In this document: positions 37,165 to 49,590 of the stretch, piece after piece
How the letters are laid out: every line of letters starts with the position of its first letter
How positions within the stretch are numbered: the stretch's first letter is position 1
Source of the DNA: Paecilomyces variotii
Taxonomy: Eukaryota
Reading direction: 5' to 3' (one strand)
DNA length: 64,000 nucleotides
Assembly (NCBI GenBank): GCA_004022145.1
Contig: RCNU01000001.1
Made by a program: the position numbers and the translations under genes
The notes under the pieces: generated by a model
Databases searched by the model: none
Seen by the model: the letters and a program-made list of their open reading frames with translations, nothing else
Told to the model about the DNA's origin: nothing

Positions 37165-39267
37165 TCATATCATCGGCTGAACGCCTCTCGGAATGCGGCA
37201 GCTCGCTTTTACGTCTTCTGGTACCGTTTTCCATAGAACATCTCTGACCTCCTTCCCCACCTGTTCGATCATATCCAGCGCCCAGACAACATCTAGATGC
37301 TCGTACTCGTCGATAATCTTGGCATGGACAACGTCAACGTGTGGCTCCCGACCGTTTCGAAAACGTCGTAGCAGACGACGTCCATCCACAAGATCATCGG
37401 ATCCTGCGATCCAGAGAGCGAACGGGGGCACTCCAGGCCCGTACCAGGCCCCATCGGCACGTCTGTCGCCGTCACAGAGACCGTTTGCGTACCTGTCATC
37501 CTCGAGGTCTTCGCGAATTGCGTCTTCCCTCGTCGCAAGGATACATTTCTGCTTCGCGAAGCAGTCCCGGCCGAGCCACCACCGCATACTCTCCGCGCTG
37601 ACATAGACCGGTGAGAACTGGAACATGCGATCGCGCAGGCCACGGTCCCAGCGGTCATCAGTCCAGCTGAAGAGATAAGAGAAAACCCTGTACCCCAGGG
37701 CGCCGTAGATGCGGGGATGGAGGACTGAATGGATGGTCATCATGAAGGGAATGAACGCGTGGATTCCAAAAAAGATGCGGAACATTGAAGGGCTGATGAT
37801 CCTCATGAAGCGGAAGTACATTTTCTTGATCAATGGCCCAGCATATGCTGCTGGAGCGAGAGCGCAGAAGACAGAGATATGCTGACCGATCTCAGGTCGC
37901 TGGTCCCGCGCCAGTGCCACCAGAGTCTCTGTTGTCCCCTGAGAGTGACAGATCAACCCAAGCTTGTCGAAGCCCGTCTGGTACAGAACGCGCGATATCA
38001 ACGCAGGCAAGTCGAGCACTCCCATCTGACGGATGTTCCAGGCCCACATTCGGGGATCGGCGTAAGTTAACATCGTGTGCACCGGTTCAAATCCACAGCG
38101 ATTGTCGCCTAGCCACACATCATATCCCGCCTTGCAAAGGAAAAAAGACAAACTGTCATCGTCGTTCGCGCAGTACGTACCCGCTTGTTGGAGGAGACCG
38201 GGGATGAGAAGAACAGGGTATCGTCGGTTCGAAGAGTTCCTCGGGGTGTGTTTTCCTTTTTTATTCTGTTCCTGAAAGACGTCTGGGCCGCGATGTTGTC
38301 TCTCTTCTTCTGGTAGGGGCGTATACTCTTTCGGATCGTAAAGATGCCACAGGTTAATGAGGAACCCATCTTCCGTCTGCACCTTGAACTTCTCCGCATC
38401 TAGCCCGACTCTTCTCGCATAGTACGCGAGGTCGCTGATCAGCGGATCCTTCCCTCCTTCCAATGGTGGATAATCCTCCTCGCCCGTCTCCATATCATCC
38501 TCACTCTTCTTCTGTCGCAGCCTCCGCTCCCATCGCTCTGCAGCCTCCTTTCTCGCCCGCTCCCTCTGGATCTCCTCCGGATAGAACTTCCGCTCCTCAT
38601 CCGGATTCCGGCCCCTCAATCGCATCCAAGTATGCCTGATTCCAGTCGGGATACTGCTCAGCAACGACCCTAGCACAATGGCCCCCAGAAACGATAATGA
38701 CAAAAAGAACGAGATGACGCGAAAGGACTGACACTGGAGATTGCGCAGAAACGACGGCGGACCATAAATTGGCAGTGGAGGGAAGAGAGGATGCGTATGC
38801 GACGGCGGAGTACATGTATCAAGCCGTCCCTGCGACTCCCCCGGTCGACTGTTTGCCGCGTTTCGCTTCTCGGCCAGTAAAGTAGACGACGATGTTCGCG
38901 TTGACAACACCCTTGCTTCCCGGGGCGGCGACGGGGACGAGGACGATGAAGATGATGCAGCCGAACCAGAGTCCCTCTGCCGGCCAGTATCGACCCTTTC
39001 TCTCAATTCATTCAACCGCTCCGCTTCCTTCAATGGCACCGATGGTAATCGGCCCCCTTCGGCTGTCTCAATCACCGCATCATGGGGCGTGACGAATTTA
39101 CCTTCGACAGCAGCCGTCGCATGCAGGTCATCATCGCTGCCATGTCGGACTGCAAGCTTCTCTGCCTGGCGCGCGAACTGGAGCGCCGCCTTGGGCTTAT
39201 CTTCACGAGGAGACGGGGAGCGCGTGTTCGACAGCAGCTTCGATTTCGATTTCGATATGGATTCCAT
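37165..39267 (-). CDS. Alpha/beta-hydrolase lipase, steryl-ester hydrolase Yeh/Tgl1-like
   Basis: 700-aa ORF with VQTEDGFLI, GYDVWLGDNR, nucleophile elbow CHSQG, GSDDLVD and YEHLDVVW. Confidence 0.92.
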   Translation of the reverse strand: MESISKSKSKLLSNTRSPSPREDKPKAALQFARQAEKLAVRHGSDDDLHATAAVEGKFVTPHDAVIETAEGGRLPSVPLKEAERLNELRERVDTGRQRDSGSAASSSSSSSPSPPREARVLSTRTSSSTLLAEKRNAANSRPGESQGRLDTCTPPSHTHPLFPPLPIYGPPSFLRNLQCQSFRVISFFLSLSFLGAIVLGSLLSSIPTGIRHTWMRLRGRNPDEERKFYPEEIQRERARKEAAERWERRLRQKKSEDDMETGEEDYPPLEGGKDPLISDLAYYARRVGLDAEKFKVQTEDGFLINLWHLYDPKEYTPLPEEERQHRGPDVFQEQNKKGKHTPRNSSNRRYPVLLIPGLLQQAGTYCANDDDSLSFFLCKAGYDVWLGDNRCGFEPVHTMLTYADPRMWAWNIRQMGVLDLPALISRVLYQTGFDKLGLICHSQGTTETLVALARDQRPEIGQHISVFCALAPAAYAGPLIKKMYFRFMRIISPSMFRIFFGIHAFIPFMMTIHSVLHPRIYGALGYRVFSYLFSWTDDRWDRGLRDRMFQFSPVYVSAESMRWWLGRDCFAKQKCILATREDAIREDLEDDRYANGLCDGDRRADGAWYGPGVPPFALWIAGSDDLVDGRRLLRRFRNGREPHVDVVHAKIIDEYEHLDVVWALDMIEQVGKEVRDVLWKTVPEDVKASCRIPRGVQPMI

Positions 39268-40574
39268 TTTATCTTTCTTCTGTTGAACATCAAGAGGAGC
39301 GCCTAGACCGGTCGCTTAATGATCGCATGGCAGATATGAATCGGATCGGATCGAATTGAGAGATCCAGTTATGATAGACAACGCAGAATAAGCAAGACAG
39401 ACGACTAATGAGTTTATGCTAAGAAGTAACTAGCACCAGTAGCGCTTTAACGATGATTAGCGCCCGCTGTCAAAAGAATTGGGCGTCGCTATGAGGTCAA
39501 ATAACGAGGCTTCAGGTCAGACCTCTAGAAAGAACGGTGAGAGTGATATAGAAGCAAAACCTTTTTCTTGTTTCGGGGAGCTCACATACAAGATAAATTA
39601 TTACCTCCTACCTGGACGAAGAGCAATTATTCATTACCATAGTTAATAATCGAGATCTGAGATCAGACCCTAAACGGATCGCGATCTTCATCCTCGAACC
39701 GGGTTTTTCCCTCCCAACAAGCCCACGGGTACGCGTCACGTGGGGGCAGCCACTGACGACAAGCTGGCATTCTCGCTTTCGTCTCTCCAATGAGTTCATT
39801 CTTCTCTCTCGCTTCCCGCAACCCAGATGGACGAGAAATGATGGCATTCAACGCGAAATAAATCTAGAGAGGAAAAGAACGAACTCAATTATGATGGCCC
39901 GCAGACCCGGATGATCGAGAACCAGTGATGTGAGATCGTCAACCAGAAGACAAGGGGATTCTCCTAATGTTTCACACAGCCTCTGCGAGTTCTTTGGTTC
40001 TGGAATGCTTCTCACGAACCTTATATCCACCTTATATGCTGCTGCCTTCGATGTTTCCGGAAAGCAGACAACAATCCTACAACGTGGTGGTCGAGAAGCC
40101 TTGCGTGGCCGCCACACCCGTCTGTGGCCATGGAGCGCCAAAGCTAAAGCTTCGATGGTGTGCCAACAATACAGGTTGTCGGTGGAGCTATGATCCTGTT
40201 CTAACTATAGGGGCAGTTGTATTCTGTATATCAGGAATCATCATCCGGTTCGGTCATCCGTCGGAGGGGAGCGGATTATGTGCGTCATCTGCATTTTCTT
40301 GCACACTTAAGCACATTACGGAGTACTCGTGCCACGGTCATTTGAATTCAGTTAACTGAAAACTCATTTTTTTGGTTGAGAAGGTCCATGAAATAGGTCG
40401 TCGTAATAATAAAATGCGCTCCCGATGTCTCCAACACGGGAAGGTTCTAGCATAACTCCTATCTTGGTCTATCATGATCTCACGCTCAAAGCAAATAGAC
40501 ATACGCCAGCCCAACCAAAAAAAAAAAAAAAAAAAATAATACACTCGAAATCCAAAATCTGTACTGAGAACGCC

Positions 40575-42333
40575 TTACTCGTCCGACTTGGCAACCGTCT
40601 CCAGATGGTCGGCATGCTCCATCCGCTTCTCCTGGGCCCCAGTCTCGAGGTCAGCCAGAGTGCCACCCTTAAGATCGGCTGCGATATCGCGAACATCGCT
40701 GTAATTGACGGTGGGCACGAAGCCAGCCGACTTCCAAGCCACGGGGACCTTGGCGTAGAGCTCATCGACTTGCTCCAGGGTTAGGCCCTTGGTCTCGTAG
40801 ATGCAGGTGTACACGAAGATAGCACAGATCAGACAGAAGCCACCCCAGATGAAAAAGACCTTTGATTGCAGGTTGGCATTGCCGGGGCCATCGTTGACCA
40901 TGTAGGGAGTAGCGTAGGCAATGGCCCAGTTGAGGAGCCAGTTGGTGGCTGTTGTGATCGAGAGGCAGCGGGCCCGAGCCTTCAATGGGAACAGTTCACC
41001 CGTGACCACCCAAGCGACAGGACCCCAGGAGCTGGCGAAGAAAAAAATGTAGACGCAGACGAAGGCGATCAGGACCTTGTTCGCGACAACGGAGGACGTA
41101 GTAGTGCCCACAATGGCGACGATGTACTGGCAAACAAACATGCCAACCGCTCCGAAGAGAAGAAGGGGGCGACGACCCCATCTCTCCACCATCAGGAGAC
41201 CGGGGAACGTCGAGACAACGTTAATGATGTTGGTAATGAGCGTGACGACGAAGGCGTTCTGGATCCCAGAATTTTGAAAGAAGGAAGTTCCGTAGTAGAC
41301 TAAATTAGGTGTATGGAATGAGTAAATGCATATATATATATATATAGTGTCTTGGGTAGAAGGGGATACTCACAGATGAAGTTCACTCCAGCAAGCTGCT
41401 GCAGAGCTTGAACAGCGCAACCAGTGGCCAGGCGCTTTCCCAGACTACCATACAGGATCTCAGACCAAGAAGCTGCGCCCAGGCTCATCTCATATTCGTG
41501 GTTTGCCTGGATCTCCGTCAACTCCTGGATCAGACTAGGATCGTCGGTGTCAGTACGACGAAGACGAGCTAGAGCCTTCGCTGCATCTCCGTGTCTGTCA
41601 CGCTTGATCAGGAACCGAGGGGTCTCAGGCAGGAGAAGCATTCCAATGACAAGGATTATAGCCCAGGCGAATTGTACTGCAATGGGGATTCGATAGGAGC
41701 CCGTGTCCTGGCGGTCCTTGGTGGAGTTGTTGACAATGGCGGCGAGGAGGAGACCCAAGGTGATGGCCAGCTGGTAGGAACCGACAATAGCTCCTCGAAT
41801 CCATTTAGGAGACGTCTCCGACTGATACAGTGGGATGGTAGCGGAGAGCAGACCGACACCTAGACCAGCGAAGAACCTGCCTGCCACAAACAAGGGAATC
41901 GCCGTAGCAGAGACTTGCAGAATGACACCAAAGCAGAAGACGAAGGATTCGAAGATCATAGCTAGTCGACGTCCAATGCGGTCTGCAATCGCACCAGCCG
42001 CCAATGCTCCGAAAAATGTACCGGCCGACAAGAGAGACACAATCATCGAGGACTGCTGGGATGTGACGTCGGGTTGGCCGTCTGCGGGATTGATATACCC
42101 AGTGGAGAAGTGGTCCCGCCAGTATTTCATGGCCAGGATGCCACTGATTGTGCCAGTATCATATCTAGGTTATAGTCAATAAGAATTCTCAAACCACGTA
42201 TCAAAAGCACCTAGCAGATGTACTACTGTACATACCCAAAGAGAACACCACCAAAAGCAACAAAGAATCCAATGGCAATAGCCGGGGCTGCAGAGCCCGT
42301 GGCATCGTCAGGCTTCTTGAACAGGAAAGGCAT
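40575..42333 (-). CDS. MFS sugar porter, high-affinity glucose transporter (Rco-3/Snf3-related clade), 3 exons
   Basis: MPFLFKKPDDATGSAAPAIAIGFFVAFGGVLFG|YDTGTISG, DRIGRR, PETPRFL, QQLAGVNFIFYYG, VERWGRR and ETKG. Confidence 0.95.
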
Positions 42334-42567
42334 GATTGTATTTGATTCCTGAAGAGGAGGAAAGGAAATAAAAGACTAGATATAGTAGTCAACCAACTGC
42401 TGTCCTTCCTTGACCCAGTGGACACTCAAGGATTATGTTCCAGGGACAGCAGGATTGGGTAAAGGAGAAATAGAAAAAAGGATGGTTTCTTGAACTATTT
42501 TCATTTCCCCAAATGCAGGCAACAAGAGGGCTTTTGTATTGAAGGGCGCCATGTTTGCGGCCAACCC

Positions 42568-42683
42568 GCGGGGACGTGGCTGGTGACCGGATCCGGGGCC
42601 CTTCCTCTTCTGGTGAGACTAGGCTCTCTCTCTCCACGAGGATCGAGCACACTAGCCAGGCCACAGACGTATCTCAAGCGGGG
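42568..42683. promoter_or_regulatory. Cluster of candidate CreA sites (SYGGRG) upstream of the sugar transporter
   Basis: GCGGGG at 42568, CCGGGG at 42593 and GCGGGG at 42678, 235-350 bp upstream of the ATG. Further matches lie near 43855-43907. Confidence 0.45.
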
Positions 42684-45600
42684 ATCAAGAAGATAGCACT
42701 TTACTACTTCTCGACTTAACCCGCCATGTGGGCTATAAGTTACCAGACCATAATCTTGTCTGCCACACAGCGCAGTTCTCAAGCCTTGGCAGGTTAGACT
42801 ACCAACAGTCCTGCGGTGGATCTAAACCACTCGCCCTTCTACTCACGGAGGGATTTTTACACAACTCGAGGCTTCTCGAAGCTGCTCCCAGTCTTTTTCA
42901 TAAGATTCTAGCCCTGGTTGATGCACGCATGGCTCCTTCAGCCTCTCTTCCATTGTCATCACCATCATCAGGTGTCACGACGGGAATGGATGATCAGAAG
43001 AAAACAGAGTTAACTGGGTCTGAATTGGGTGTATACGATATCTGCACCTGGTCCACTGAGGACTCCAGCTCGCAGCCTAGTATCAACAGTGTTTTCGGGC
43101 AGAGAGAGACGTATCATCCCCATGCTCGTGTTATTATTCCGGCAACTGTTTCGGCATCCTCGAGGATCGTAATCTGCTAAACATCTGAGAGCCAGAAATA
43201 AAAGCAGAAGAGACACTAGTCCCCGCTTGCTGGCTATGATGCTGTATGTGCCACCTCGCTCATTCAGCTTAGCCATGGGGTCAAGATCACATCTTGTTTC
43301 ATACAGACGGAGCGAGACTGCAGCCACATCTACATTAGCTGAAGAGCACAGAGACGGACAGAAGTCATGGAATGCGAATACTCTCAATCCCCGGTCGAAT
43401 TGACGTCAATCTCCCACGATATATCGGGCTTGTGTATCTCATTTACTCTAGTCTCCATGCTAGCCTAACTGGCCAACGCATCCCCATGGGGATCCAAAAC
43501 AATCGATGGACCGTGAGTTGACAGCGCTAAAATGATGACGATGCAGCCTCATTGGGCACTGACGACGCTACATGCAAACGGCTCGTACGGCTGATAAAAT
43601 CTCAGCAGATTATACTCCATTCTCTAAACACAGTATGGTTCAGGGGCCGAGAGATGAGAGATACTGTGGATCGTCGGTCGGATCCCGATGCCAGTCGGCG
43701 TAATGTCGCACTTCGGTGTTGCAATGGATCGGCAGACCGTCCCATTTCCGTGGGGCTTCGCTGCTCACCGGTTGCTCACAGCAGCAAAGAGCAACAGAAT
43801 TGCAGTATCTCACACTGGATCCTGGAGCGAGGACATAAGATGGTCTGCGTGAATCCCCGCGTTCCCCGCCTGTTGCTGCGATCTGATATCATGGGGAGAA
43901 TCCGGGGATAGATGTTATCTGAGCGTACGCAACATCGTTGAATCTCATCACCATCAACTGACCGACACCGGCATACTCAACCACCACTTCGACGGCGTTT
44001 TCCGTGCTCACGATGATCTTCTGGCCCGAAAATGGGGCCAGTGCAGGTCCCGCGACTCTGACTGGCCGTGACTGCCGAAATTTATCCGGCGCGCATCCTG
44101 ATTGATTACTGCAATTCAGCAGTTGTTGCGGGAATGGCGTTATGATTGCCAGTGGCGTTCTGCACGGGCTCTAGTTAAAGTAGACTAATCCAAAATCTAG
44201 TCTACACAGGATTCAAGCAGCACAGAAAACCGCTCACGGACACAGGGGTTACTGCATCATGGCAACAATAATCCCTAGATTCATAGAACATTCGAGATGG
44301 AGCCGTATTTCACAGCGGTATTCAAAGATCATGGACGCTACGCAGGATACACTACAATGAAGGCACGAGATAGTCTGCCAAACTTGTCCCTGGCCGGGGG
44401 ATGGATCAACGGCGGAATTGACTTCCATTGAGGCTTAAGGTATACAAAATACGAGCTCTCTTCTTGCCTCTGCCCGTGTGCCCACAGCAACGGAAAGATT
44501 TTTCAATTTGCTATGTAATAACTTCCAGAACCCACTAGCTCTGAAACCAGGGATAAACCTTGTTCTTCTTTCAATGGGCGCTTTCGGATTTCTTTTCCAC
44601 GTGGGACCCAAGTCCACGTTTTCGTCTGTTCTCACATTCCAGGAGTATGATTACCACTGCCAACAATGCGAAGAAAAATGCCTTTATGTCATTGACCTAT
44701 TGTTAGGATTATGTCCAATGAAGGAAGTTCCCGCATTTTCTACCATAAATCGGAATAAAAAAAGAACAAGTGTATCCAATCGCGTCTAGAACAAGCTCTT
44801 TCGTCGCGGCTAGACCCGAGCCTCTTACGCCTAGCGACAAGGGAGAGACGTCGGTGGCTGAGGATCTGGTTCGAAATCCGTCTTGGTTCTAGGAATAGTG
44901 TCTCTACACGTCCCAGACGCAGAACTCGATGAAAACGAGGATAGCCATTCCCCCACTATGTCTCTTTTGATTATTGTTTCCACTTAATTCCCTTAATTCC
45001 CATACTTTGCTTAATATAGTAGTACATACATTTGTATGTACATGTCACACCTCTACTTCCTTGCTCTGTTGAGTTCCAGAACCCGTTTCTTTGTTGTAAC
45101 AGATATCTGCTCCTCCTGCATAGCATCATGATGGTAAAGCGGAGCAGACATTCTTTCGAGGAAGTTTTATGTGGACAATTACCTGTTCTTGCAATAATAT
45201 CTTTCCTATTCAGTGCCATGTTCGCATTCGGCATTTATACTACTTTTAAAGATTTATGTCCACTGTCTCTATCACTTCCTTTATAATCGACCGGAGACAG
45301 TAAAAAATCACCGGTCAGTCCATTACGACAAAATCAAAGGAAGTAATGTTCTGGGATATGTCCCTCGGAAACTATATAGCCATGCACGCATATACAAATT
45401 CTCAAGATTGCTTATATATACATATCTTTCCTGATTTTGTGAGTGTGAAACAATGTTATCAATACCAACTGTGCGTACTTCTCTTGCCAAAGGGTGTTTA
45501 TAGGATGTAAAAGAGTCGGCTTTAAACGTAAGCGAAGTGACTACAAGAGTGACGAGTCAACATATGCCCAATTCCGCCCCGCGGGTGCCTTCTCGCGAGG

Positions 45601-46808
45601 TATTCTAAATTCTCGCAAGGATATCCGCCGTCCAATCTCCATTAAGCTCTGTCAAGATACTGTTGGACACCCTTTGCTGCAGCTGTCCAATTGTCTCATA
45701 GATGCGACAGCCTTGTTTCGCTATCATGGTCCCAGATTTAACCACCGCAAATTTTGTCTGGAAGGACCCGCGCAGCTCGCTCTAATGCCTGTAGGTGGTT
45801 TAGACAAGCGGCTTGTGGCAACATACTCTTGAAAACCGAACGTACAGAATATCTCCAACCGATCCAGGGAATATGTTATTCAGGCAGACTGCTAATAAAG
45901 CAGTTGCCTGGCCGCCAGTTGATTAAGTGGCCACAGAACTTGTAGTTGAACTAAAATGCTCGGTTTCCTTAACTAAAAGACAAGATCAGCTCTGCTAACT
46001 AACCAGCCTCTACTGGTTGATCAGGACCCGGATGGGCAGCGGGCATATCGTCAGGCTTGAGAGAAGACAGTTGCCCTTAAGGACCGTAGTGCATAGCATC
46101 CAGTCTGAACATGAGAATGGCCTCCGGTACACTCATTTCTAGGTGTTGGCTGTATCCATCAGTGATCAATTACCTGTTAACATCACAAGTGGACTAACTG
46201 GCACATGTTAACACCCACGGGCACAGAAGCCCGCCAACTCGCTTAACTTTCAAAAAGGTGATTTTCATTATCGAGTCCGCAACAACTACTTATCTAGCGA
46301 CTTAGTAGCACCGACGGCTTCTCATCATCTGACGATCCTCGTATTGAGCCCCTCCTTGAGGCTCGGAAGGCATAGACACCGCCTCCAATTCGTCCACAAC
46401 TCCCAATTTTCTTTCTCGTGGGGGCCGTTTTTGTGTGAGCGACAACAATCAAATGCGCAGATAAGCCATTCAGATGGCCTGGAGACGTGCTCGGTCGATA
46501 CGATCGCTATTTTGGCACGATGAGGCCTCCCACTTTACTTAGATTAGCACTGAGCACAGCCGTGCGAGTAGTTTCGGAAAAACGACTCGTGCTTGTTTGG
46601 CCGGAAGGATTATTCAGCTGTAGTTTCGTAGGGAGATCTTCTCTTTCTCTGCTGATTTTGTCTTCTGTTTGTTCTTCTCAGGTCTTGCATCGCGACGATT
46701 CAGTTGTCCTTTTCTGTGGAGATTGAATCGGTCGAAGTACGTACTATTCCGGGGGGATCGTACAGATTTACACCGTAGTTTGTCCATGTCGTTGTTTATT
46801 CACCCAAC

Positions 46809-47937
46809 ATGCACATCATGAAGCCTTGCACACTCGCATCCAGAGTAGCAACGACTCTGCTGATCGCTTCGAATCTGATTTCCGTCACTGTCGCGATTCA
46901 ATGCTATTCGCACAACGGTCCGTGGGTCCAGTCCTCTGTTCAGGATATATTCCTTTCCGCCCCAATATTATTCCATACATATCGTCCTGTCTGATAAGAC
47001 AGTTCACTGATGGGTACATCCACATGTAGGTGTCGAAGCGAACTCGTCTGAATTCTACAATGCGACGCGAGATGGTCAATTGATCGGATGCGGAACGGCC
47101 CCCACGACATGTTGCTTGGAGAATGAATACTGCGACATCGACCTCCTCTGTCATGATAGAACTGATGGAGGAGTTTCAAGACAGTATTGTTCGGATCCGT
47201 CCTGGCCACCAGATGCCTGTTCGGCATTATGTCCTGGTATGTGTTATAATAATCCCTTCTAGACCTTGGTGTTCCCTCCGTAGAACGGAGCAAATGGAAA
47301 GCCATATCAGTTTTATCAAACAATCTATGCTGACTGTTGATACACAGACTACGGCGCAGCTGGAGTAGCTCTGACACAATGCGACGATGCTGGAACAAAA
47401 TTCTGTTGCGGTCCAGATAACACCGCATGCTGCGACGCAGGCAACTACACGCAAATCAACCAGAAGGGACAAATCATCGCAATCGGAACAAGCACTATTC
47501 AAACCTCGTCTACGAGCACCACAACGGCATCCTCATCTTCAACAAATCCGGCATCTACTGCAGCAACTACGACCGCAAGCTCAGCAGCAGCAACGCGGGC
47601 CACGGCCTCGTCAACCTCAGCATCTAACAGCGCGTCATCGTCAGCTACAAAGCTCGGCGCAGGCCTGGGTGTCGGACTCGGTGTCCCTTTCATCATTGCA
47701 CTCGGCCTTGCGGTGTACTTCTGGAAAAGGTCATCGCAGAATAAGAAAGGCACATCTGCAGCCGCAGCTGCTGCAGGAGCGGAGGATCCGATGCAGCACA
47801 CTCCCGCCGCGGGAGGCTTATACAGATATTCCGGGTCTCCGGATAACAAAAAGGACACACGCGAGGAACAACAGATGCTGATGAATGTAGAGAGGAGGGA
47901 GTTGCAGGGGTCGAATGCGGCTCATGAGTTGCCGTGA
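46809..47937 (+). CDS. Type I membrane protein: signal peptide, Cys-rich ectodomain, Ser/Thr/Ala stalk, one TM helix, short cytoplasmic tail (Mid2/cell-wall-sensor-like architecture), 3 exons
   Basis: Spliced by eye with introns ~46918-47029 and ~47237-47347. Reads QCYSHN|GVEAN...TCCLENEYC...CSALCP|DYG...FCCGPDNTACC, then an S/T/A tract, GAGLGVGLGVPFIIALGLAVYFWKR and ELQGSNAAHELP*. Confidence 0.8.
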
Positions 47938-48257
47938 TGATTGTTGAGGTGCTATAAAGCCAAATAAGGCGACCTGAACAGAAAATAATGAATACTACAT
48001 ATAATACTACCAGTCAAATATTTGAAATATATACTAATCTAAGTACTAGTTATCTTCCTGTTCTGAATAATGAATCAATAAGATTCAAAGTCGCCACTTA
48101 ATTGGCAGATGAGCTGTTGACATCTAGCTGAATTATCGTGATATGAGCCGCAGTAACTAGTTATGCCACGATTTTCTAATAGGAATCAGCATTGAGGCGC
48201 ACCACGCCATTCCTATTATGAAATGGGCCCAGAAAGCAGTATGTATTTGGATATATC

Positions 48258-48880
48258 AGATGTTCGTGGATACCCCAATGGATATAACGTCCAGAGCAAT
48301 TGCCCTGAGTACCACAGGTTGTTTTGCGACTAGGCTATGTGTTCCATCAGCACTGGAGCTGTAAAAAATTCTGCGGGAAGACTTACGTGCTCAAATCAGT
48401 CTTGTCTTTCTCGGCCATGCTGACCGACAGCGAGATGTCGGTAGTTCCAACCATGAGATTCTGCGAGTTGGGGGATAATGCGTCACAGAAAAATCTGACG
48501 GACTTTCTAGATGCCGTGGGAGTTGTGGGAAGCTCTTCTCCAACTGAGACCAGTTTGGTCCAGACCTGAGTCATTCGTCTCTGTATTCTCAACTTGAATT
48601 CCGATATAGATCTGGATAGACCTCGGGATAATCTTGGACCATATGTTGTTCCAGTCCACGGCCCCTTGATACAGAATCGGCAAATAGGTCGTAAGCTTCC
48701 GACGGGATAACGAAGTGCTCTTCTGGTTTCATGTCAAAATAGTTCTTGATATTTGCCACATCTTCAGGGTCAAAAGCAGTTCCATGTGCCTTGGCATCTC
48801 CAGCAATTTTGCTTCCATAATGGAAGTCGGTTTGTACTTGCTCCGTCGGACTTGTTCGAATAGGCCCGTATGGTCGAACG
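48258..48880 (-). pseudogene. Transketolase/dihydroxyacetone synthase gene fragment
   Basis: Minus-strand remnants read RSKYKPTSI, YGSKIAGDAKAHGTAFDPEDVANIKNYF, PTTPTASRKS and NLMVGTTDISLSV. After a GTAAGT intron comes GNCSGRYIHWGIHEH. Frameshifts are present and both termini are missing. Confidence 0.8.
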
Positions 48881-49570
48881 TCTTCCGGGAGGCGTGATAG
48901 TCCGCGAGGGCTTACTTTTTGACTTATTACCGGTGCTTGGCAGTTACGAACATCGTTCTGAGGAGCGACGCGCCTTTTGGCATCTTCGAGTGTGGATTCA
49001 TGGCCATCGGACGGATCGGCCTGAGGTGATTAGACACGGTATCAGGACAGCGATTAAACAGCACAGATACGTTAATTGCTAGCAAATCCCCTTTTTCTTC
49101 CCAGCTTATCTTCTCGTGCGTATATTAGAATGATACACTTGTGTATATCCGGTCTGGATGTGAGTAAATAGGAGCCGATTGAACTCCTTCCCCTGTTAAA
49201 TTCGGCTGTCATAGCTCAGAAACAAGTACCAGTGGTAAACTGGGGAGCAACACTCGACCATACCAGAAACCTCTATATCGGGCATTTCCTGCTTCTGGGC
49301 TGCAGCTACTCGCCCAGGGAAAGTATATAAATAAAACACAACCAATTATAAAACTGCCGGACTTCCGTCTTCTACCGTAGAATATGCGCTAGAAGCGGCG
49401 TGGGGGAAGCCTTACAACTCCTCTCAGAGTCCCATGGAAAGCAACATCCTGATAGCATGGTTAGCAGTCAAGCTTCTCCCCAATTTTTCAGAACCAGTCA
49501 GATAAGTGCCCACTCTCCACATGCAGAACTAGTGTTCAGCCCTACATGTGATCTAACTTGCATGAGGGGA

Positions 49571-49590
49571 TGTATGTATGTATGTATGTA
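49571..49590. repeat. (TGTA)n microsatellite
   Basis: TGTATGTATGTATGTATGTA. Confidence 0.8.
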
